In this document: one piece after another, positions 59,271 to 64,000 of the stretch
Numbering within the stretch: position 1 is the stretch's first letter
Layout of the letters: every line of letters begins with the position of its first letter
Made by a program: the position numbers and the translations under genes
Assembly (NCBI GenBank): GCA_046595655.1
Contig: JBKJOF010000181.1
Location: 39,374-103,373 of the forward strand
Direction: 5' to 3'
Length of the DNA: 64,000 bases
Source: Chryseolinea sp.
GTDB lineage: Bacteria; Bacteroidota; Bacteroidia; Cytophagales; Cyclobacteriaceae
Notes under the pieces: model-generated
Told to the model about the DNA's origin: nothing
Seen by the model: the letters and a program-made list of their open reading frames with translations, nothing else
The model's database searches: none

Positions 59271-60724
59271 GTTTTTATAATCTGATTTTCTGAAACAGAA
59301 ATCTGTTTTGATTCCGGTGTGTACGGATAATCAAACAAGCCATGTTCTTTAATGGCTTCTTCAACTTTGTGAGGCACATATTTTTCCCAGCCAGCTTCAC
59401 CTTTTCGGATCATGGCCAATACATTATCAGAGATGATATGCAGGTTGTTGATGTTTGCATCTTTTATATCTTCAAGCTTATTGTTTTCAATAAGGTATCG
59501 GAAAAGACTTTTCAAATTTTCAGGGAGTTCCATCTCAAAATCTTTGAGTGCGAAAATATCTTTTGAATCTTTCATCCATGCTGGATAAATGTAGAGCTTA
59601 ACGTTCGATCCAAACAAAGAAGCAAAACACTCCATAATTCCTCCGCGAAGATTGGAATATGTTTTTTCATCGAATACTTTTTGCAGCGCATAAATACCCA
59701 TGATGATGCCAATCTTTTTCCCTTTGGTAATCTTTGATAGGTAGTCAACTAGTTTGTAGTATTCAAAGTAGTTGGAGATCAATACGCTTTGTCCGAGTGA
59801 GCAAATAATATCAGCACGGTATAGAAAATCTTTTTCATCAATTTTCCCATCGGGACTTAAATCGTTTAAGGTAAGTTCGGTTAGCACCACCATTTTGGAA
59901 CGATCAACATCGGGCTCACGTCTGAAGTGCCTGCGCGAAGTAAGAAGCATATCAGCATTAACATGTGTAACTGGTCTGAAGCGACCACGCAGCACCAATA
60001 CGTTTTTCTTGTAGAGTTCGTCAGACGGTTGCATTACGTTTCCATCCGGTCCAAACATTGCCGCTTTCGTAAGCCCGTTCTTCACGAGCTTCAATGCCAT
60101 CAAGCGATTATCAACGTGTTTGAAGTCAGGACCAGAAAGTCGGAACATATCGATTTCCATTCTACGGCTGGTCAATCCATCCATCAACGACATTAATATT
60201 TCTTCCGGCTCTTTTGTGAACATACAGGAGTAAAGCATATTAACACCCACAATTCCCAATGCATATTGTTGTTGGAGCGGATCGTTGTCGTGCATCTTTA
60301 CATGGAATACGCATTCGTTCGGCTCACTCTCCGGGCGAAGTTGAAATCGTAAACCAATCCATCCATGTCCTTGATTCGTGCGCTCAAAATTTAGTACTTC
60401 AACGGTATCAGCGAAGGCGAAGAAACGTGTGCCTGCAATACGATGGGGGAGACGTTCGGGAAGCAATACGTATTCGTGATCGAGCATACGCATAAGACGG
60501 TCTTCACATACATAACGCTCGCAATAACCATAGATGGCATCACTAAACTTCATATCGTAGGCCGACATGGTTTTAGCTACCGTACCCGAGGCTCCACCTA
60601 CCTTAAAAAAATTGGCGGCTACTTCCTGCCCCGCGCCAATCTCGGCAAATGAACCATAAATGGCTCTGCTTAAGTTGATCCGTAGTGCTTTTTCCTGGGT
60701 CGTTAGTTTGCGTAAGTCTTCCAT
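59267..60724 (-). CDS. CinA/PncC-like plus NadD-like nucleotidyltransferase-fold fusion protein
   Basis: N-terminal SFAEIGAGQEVA...GGAS...AY; C-terminal LRGRFRPVTHVN and IISDNVLAMIRKG...VPHKVEEAIKEHGLF. Confidence 0.65.
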   Translation of the reverse strand: MEDLRKLTTQEKALRINLSRAIYGSFAEIGAGQEVAANFFKVGGASGTVAKTMSAYDMKFSDAIYGYCERYVCEDRLMRMLDHEYVLLPERLPHRIAGTRFFAFADTVEVLNFERTNQGHGWIGLRFQLRPESEPNECVFHVKMHDNDPLQQQYALGIVGVNMLYSCMFTKEPEEILMSLMDGLTSRRMEIDMFRLSGPDFKHVDNRLMALKLVKNGLTKAAMFGPDGNVMQPSDELYKKNVLVLRGRFRPVTHVNADMLLTSRRHFRREPDVDRSKMVVLTELTLNDLSPDGKIDEKDFLYRADIICSLGQSVLISNYFEYYKLVDYLSKITKGKKIGIIMGIYALQKVFDEKTYSNLRGGIMECFASLFGSNVKLYIYPAWMKDSKDIFALKDFEMELPENLKSLFRYLIENNKLEDIKDANINNLHIISDNVLAMIRKGEAGWEKYVPHKVEEAIKEHGLFDYPYTPESKQISVSENQIIKT

Positions 60725-61013
60725 ACCGTATCTCTACTTTCCGTTTCGAATTTACCTTTATTCAATCACCGTAAAAACATAATTGCATTTAAAAGTTGTG
60801 AGCGCTCAACCTAATTTTGAGGATGTACGACTCCTAATCAATAAACAACGCTAACATAACTACAATTCGATCATTTAAGTTTGGGGTTAATTTAATCTGG
60901 GGTTCAAACGAGGTTACTATTAAAGCAGAGGTAATCTTTTCAGAAACTGACTTCATTCTGTAAGGCTCAGTTTGAATGTAAAGGGTTGAGTAACATTTAA
61001 AAATTCCTCTCGA

Positions 61014-62786
61014 TTAATTCTTCAACCTATCACGATAGCTGGAGAATACACTGGACTTGGAGATAAAACCGACATACTTGCCAGCATCCAGTACAGGAAT
61101 ATTCCATGCTCCACTTTTGTCAAATTTCTCCATCACCAGGCTCATATCCTCCGTAATATCGATAGTGGCAATTGGCTTTTGCATTAGCTGATTCACAAGA
61201 AGAGATTCATAGATGGCCGTGTTGAACATGATTTCACGAATATCATCTAGAATAATAATGCCATGTAACTGACCTTGTGTGTCTGTTACAGGAAATATAT
61301 TTCTTTTTGAGTGTGATATCGCTTCAACCAGTTTCTTCAAACTGTCTTGAATATCAACTGCGATAAAATCTTTTTCAATAAAGTTTTTAATGGAAAGATC
61401 TGAGAGTACGTGGGTATCTTTATCAATAGAAATTTTTTCATTGACTTGCTTCAATTTTATCTCATCGAGAGAATGTGGATTTAAATAACGAGAGACGGAA
61501 GTGCTGAGAGCTGAAACAATCATTAACGGAATAATAAGATCGTAACCTCCTGTTATTTCAGCGATAAGAAAGATGGCTGTAAGAGGTGAATGAAAAATTC
61601 CGGTGAGTACTCCTGCCATAGCTACTAAAGCAAAATTAGAAGTTGGAAGTTGGTGTACCCACCCTGTAAGATTAATGAGGTATGAGAATGCAAAACCAAG
61701 ACAGGCCCCAACTAAAAGAGATGGAGCAAAATTTCCACCATTGCCTCCTGAATTTAATGTGAATGATACTGCAAATACTTTTACGATAGCAACGGCCAAT
61801 ACGGCAAGACCTAAGATCCATTCTTTCCGAGCGAAGAAATCGTATAATGGACTTCCAACAAAAAGTTGATCGGGTTGTGAAATGGCAAGCGCTTTAATGG
61901 ATAAATATCCTTCACCAAATAACGCAGGGAAAATCATAATCAATCCACCTAATAATAATCCGCCAACAACCAGTCTTGGTACAGCAGAAACAAAAAACAT
62001 GGTGAATAGATTTTCAATTTTTAGAAAGCTTTTGATGTAAAAAACAGACAACAAGCCACATGCGATACCAAGAATTCCATAGTACGGAACATTATGGTAA
62101 TTGAAATCTACCACGTGTTTGAATGACAGCACTGCATCATCGGCAAGAATAATTTTAGAACACAATGCACCCGTTGCTCCTGCAATCAGTAGTGGAATAA
62201 AAGCCGATATGCTAACATCAACCAACAGGACTTCAAGCGCAAATAAAACGCCTGCAATTGGGGCGTTAAAGGCAGTAGCAATTCCGGCAGCAGCACCACA
62301 TGCAAGCAATAATGTACGATCACGATATCCTACTGGAAAAAGTGAAGCAAACACAGATCCGATAGCAGAACCGGTTTGTACAATCGGAGATTCCAACCCT
62401 GCTGAGCCGCCTAGACCTACAGTAAAAGCGCTGGTTACAACATGACTGTAGGTTTCATTACGTGGAAGGATGGACGATTTTTTTGCGATGGATAATAAGA
62501 CGTGCGATGTCCCCTTGGTTAAGCCACTGCTTAAAAAGAAATGGACAAAAACCAGCGTGGCGATAATTCCGAGAGTAGGAGAAACAAAATAAACCCAACT
62601 GTACTGCTTGCCTAATGAAAGTAATTGAATTTGTAAATAGTGAACCGATACTTTAAGGATTACTGCAGTGAGGCCAGCCCACAAACCAACCAGAACAGCA
62701 CCTATCATTAAGAACTGGCGGTTCGATAATTTTCGAAAAATCGATAATATTATCACGCGCAAGAACTGACTTAGTCTGGATAGCAT
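61014..62786 (-). CDS. ClC-family chloride channel/antiporter with CBS pair
   Basis: GGSAGLESP (gating Glu), GAAAGIATAFNAPIAG, GGNFAP, AIFLIAEITG and two C-terminal CBS domains. Confidence 0.92.
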   Translation of the reverse strand: MLSRLSQFLRVIILSIFRKLSNRQFLMIGAVLVGLWAGLTAVILKVSVHYLQIQLLSLGKQYSWVYFVSPTLGIIATLVFVHFFLSSGLTKGTSHVLLSIAKKSSILPRNETYSHVVTSAFTVGLGGSAGLESPIVQTGSAIGSVFASLFPVGYRDRTLLLACGAAAGIATAFNAPIAGVLFALEVLLVDVSISAFIPLLIAGATGALCSKIILADDAVLSFKHVVDFNYHNVPYYGILGIACGLLSVFYIKSFLKIENLFTMFFVSAVPRLVVGGLLLGGLIMIFPALFGEGYLSIKALAISQPDQLFVGSPLYDFFARKEWILGLAVLAVAIVKVFAVSFTLNSGGNGGNFAPSLLVGACLGFAFSYLINLTGWVHQLPTSNFALVAMAGVLTGIFHSPLTAIFLIAEITGGYDLIIPLMIVSALSTSVSRYLNPHSLDEIKLKQVNEKISIDKDTHVLSDLSIKNFIEKDFIAVDIQDSLKKLVEAISHSKRNIFPVTDTQGQLHGIIILDDIREIMFNTAIYESLLVNQLMQKPIATIDITEDMSLVMEKFDKSGAWNIPVLDAGKYVGFISKSSVFSSYRDRLKN

Positions 62787-62975
62787 TTGCTGAAATTGAA
62801 AAACTCTAATTTAATCACAAATTAAAGCACGTCAACTTTACTTACGTGGGAATTTGGTTTAATAAGTTTTAGAACGATTGCAACTGTTGAATAATTTTGA
62901 GGTTCACTCAATACCATCGTTTACCGAGAAAAGAATTCTGATCACTATTTCTTTTGATTTTAAAATCCATAATCT

Positions 62976-63413
62976 CTACTGCTTGCTGATAAATTTTTCC
63001 TTCGCTTCGCGTTTAATTTCGTCCCATTCATCTGGAGGTGGAGGTGTGCCGCGTTCAAATTCTTCTAACAACCAATTTACTAATCCTTTCTTCATTCCGA
63101 ACTGTGTTACTGCTTCTTCACAAAATTCGAGTTCGTGTTCGTCTACAACACCATCGGCATACACCATCAGCACGAGATCGTACAATAAATTCATTTTATC
63201 ATTGTGATTATCAGGTACGTTCATGCTGAACTTTTCATCACTATCAATCAACTCCTTTACCTGGCGATCTTTTAAGCCGTAACGTTTGGCTATTTTGTAT
63301 AGAAGATCTTCTTCTTTTGGATGCATGTGCCCATCCACTTTTGCTAAGGCCAATAGATTCTTGATGTGATTCTTTTTGTAAGAAAGGTATTGATGTTCGA
63401 AGAAGCCGAGCAT
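62976..63413 (-). CDS. TerB-like protein
   Basis: HIKNLLALAKVDGHMHPKEEDLL...VYADGVVDEHE; same family as 22442-22822. Confidence 0.75.
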   Translation of the reverse strand: MLGFFEHQYLSYKKNHIKNLLALAKVDGHMHPKEEDLLYKIAKRYGLKDRQVKELIDSDEKFSMNVPDNHNDKMNLLYDLVLMVYADGVVDEHELEFCEEAVTQFGMKKGLVNWLLEEFERGTPPPPDEWDEIKREAKEKFISKQ

Positions 63414-63420
63414 AGTTTTA

Positions 63421-63473
63421 AGTTTAAAGTTCGAGGTTCAAAGTTTCAAGTTTCGGATTTCGAGTTTGAAGTT
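63421..63473. repeat. Degenerate heptamer tandem array
   Basis: agtttaa agttcga ggttcaa agtttca agtttcg gatttcg agtttga; its reverse complement shares 17 nt with the 42201 array. Confidence 0.7.
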
Positions 63474-63510
63474 ACGTGTACTTCAACGTAATGTCAATCT
63501 TTTATTTTAA

Positions 63511-63573
63511 TCTAAAGTCTCGAGTCTAAAGTCTAAAGTCTTGAGTCTAAAGTCTTGAGTCTAAAGTCTTGAG
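63511..63573. repeat. Nine-unit heptamer array (TCTAAAG / TCTTGAG)
   Basis: tctaaag tctcgag tctaaag tctaaag tcttgag tctaaag tcttgag tctaaag tcttgag. Confidence 0.9.
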
Positions 63574-63580
63574 TCTAGTC

Positions 63581-64000
63581 TCACTCAACCCAGTCTGCCA
63601 CAAATAAGTTAGTGTTGTGAGTTCCTCCATTGTGCCGGTTTGATGAGAATACGAGTCGTTTTCCATCGGGAGAAAACATGGGAAACGAATCGAAAACCGA
63701 ATCGTGGGTGATGCGCTTGAGACCGGTTCCATCTTCATTGATCATGTAGATGTTAAATTCGAAGCCTCTTGTTCCTTTGTGATTGGATGAAAATAAAATC
63801 TTTTTACCCGATGGATGGTAAAACGGAGCCCAGTTTGCTTTGCCTAATTTGGTTAGCTGCTGAAGGTTAGAACCATCTACATTGCAAGTGAAAATTTCCA
63901 TAGCAGTAGGAGCGACTAATCCTTGTTTCAATAATGCTTTGTATTCTTTTCTTTCTTCCTCGGTTGTGAATCGAGATGCGCGGAAAACAAGTTTCGATCC
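63581..64000 (-). CDS. TolB-like PD40-repeat protein, C-terminal part (start lies beyond the window)
   Basis: WAPFYHPSGKKILFSSN, DSFPMFSPDGKRLVFSSNR; the frame stays open to base 64000 (KLVFRASRFTTEEE...). Confidence 0.88.
   Translation of the reverse strand, partial: GSKLVFRASRFTTEEERKEYKALLKQGLVAPTAMEIFTCNVDGSNLQQLTKLGKANWAPFYHPSGKKILFSSNHKGTRGFEFNIYMINEDGTGLKRITHDSVFDSFPMFSPDGKRLVFSSNRHNGGTHNTNLFVADWVE

Noticed and set aside
62787-62975. Fluoride riboswitch upstream of the ClC gene
   Set aside because: The cgatggtatt stretch does not form the required pairing. The ClC has GLESP/GGNFAP rather than the CLC-F motifs GNNLI/GREGT/GEVTP.
1-64000. tRNA, rRNA, prophage and anti-phage defence genes; the many 60-130 aa antisense ORFs in the track
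   Set aside because: I recognised no cloverleaf, rRNA, phage or defence motifs by eye, though tRNAscan, Infernal and DefenseFinder would be decisive. The short ORFs are shadows of the long genes.

Overview
This is a 64-kb chromosomal window from a Bacteroidota bacterium, probably Cytophagales. That placement is inferred from the T9SS cargo, exosortase N, TAnnTTTG promoter and lipoprotein export signals. Housekeeping genes (tilS, mdh, nth, ClC) alternate with accessory and decaying patches. I found no rRNA, tRNA, CRISPR array, intact transposase or prophage. Recognisable loci include a DUF1800/DUF1501 pair, an ECF sigma-DoxX module, a subclass B3 metallo-beta-lactamase, yiaA-helD, a complete XrtN exosortase operon and a DUF4159-MoxR-DUF58-BatA operon. 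There is also an array of surface lipoproteins (two NHL propellers, a laminin-B-like domain protein and a beta-barrel) and a large GloVer-repeat T9SS protein. Several signals are missing from the ORF track. These are an in-frame TAG at a conserved Trp of alkB, matching ECF-type promoters on the sigma and DoxX genes, a decayed double-CDGSH gene and a 36-aa membrane ORF. Others are two copies of a ~140-bp REPIN-like element, palindromic operators before helD and yiaA, a collapsed GH78 gene, a duplicated 5' end of a flavoprotein gene and an internally deleted IS200-type element. The best candidates for an undescribed system are the PncC-like/NadD-like fusion protein, the NHL/laminin surface array with a shared upstream block, the MoxR operon with a His-rich subunit, and the ECF/CDGSH/DoxX module. 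All family calls come from reading motifs by eye and need HMM confirmation.
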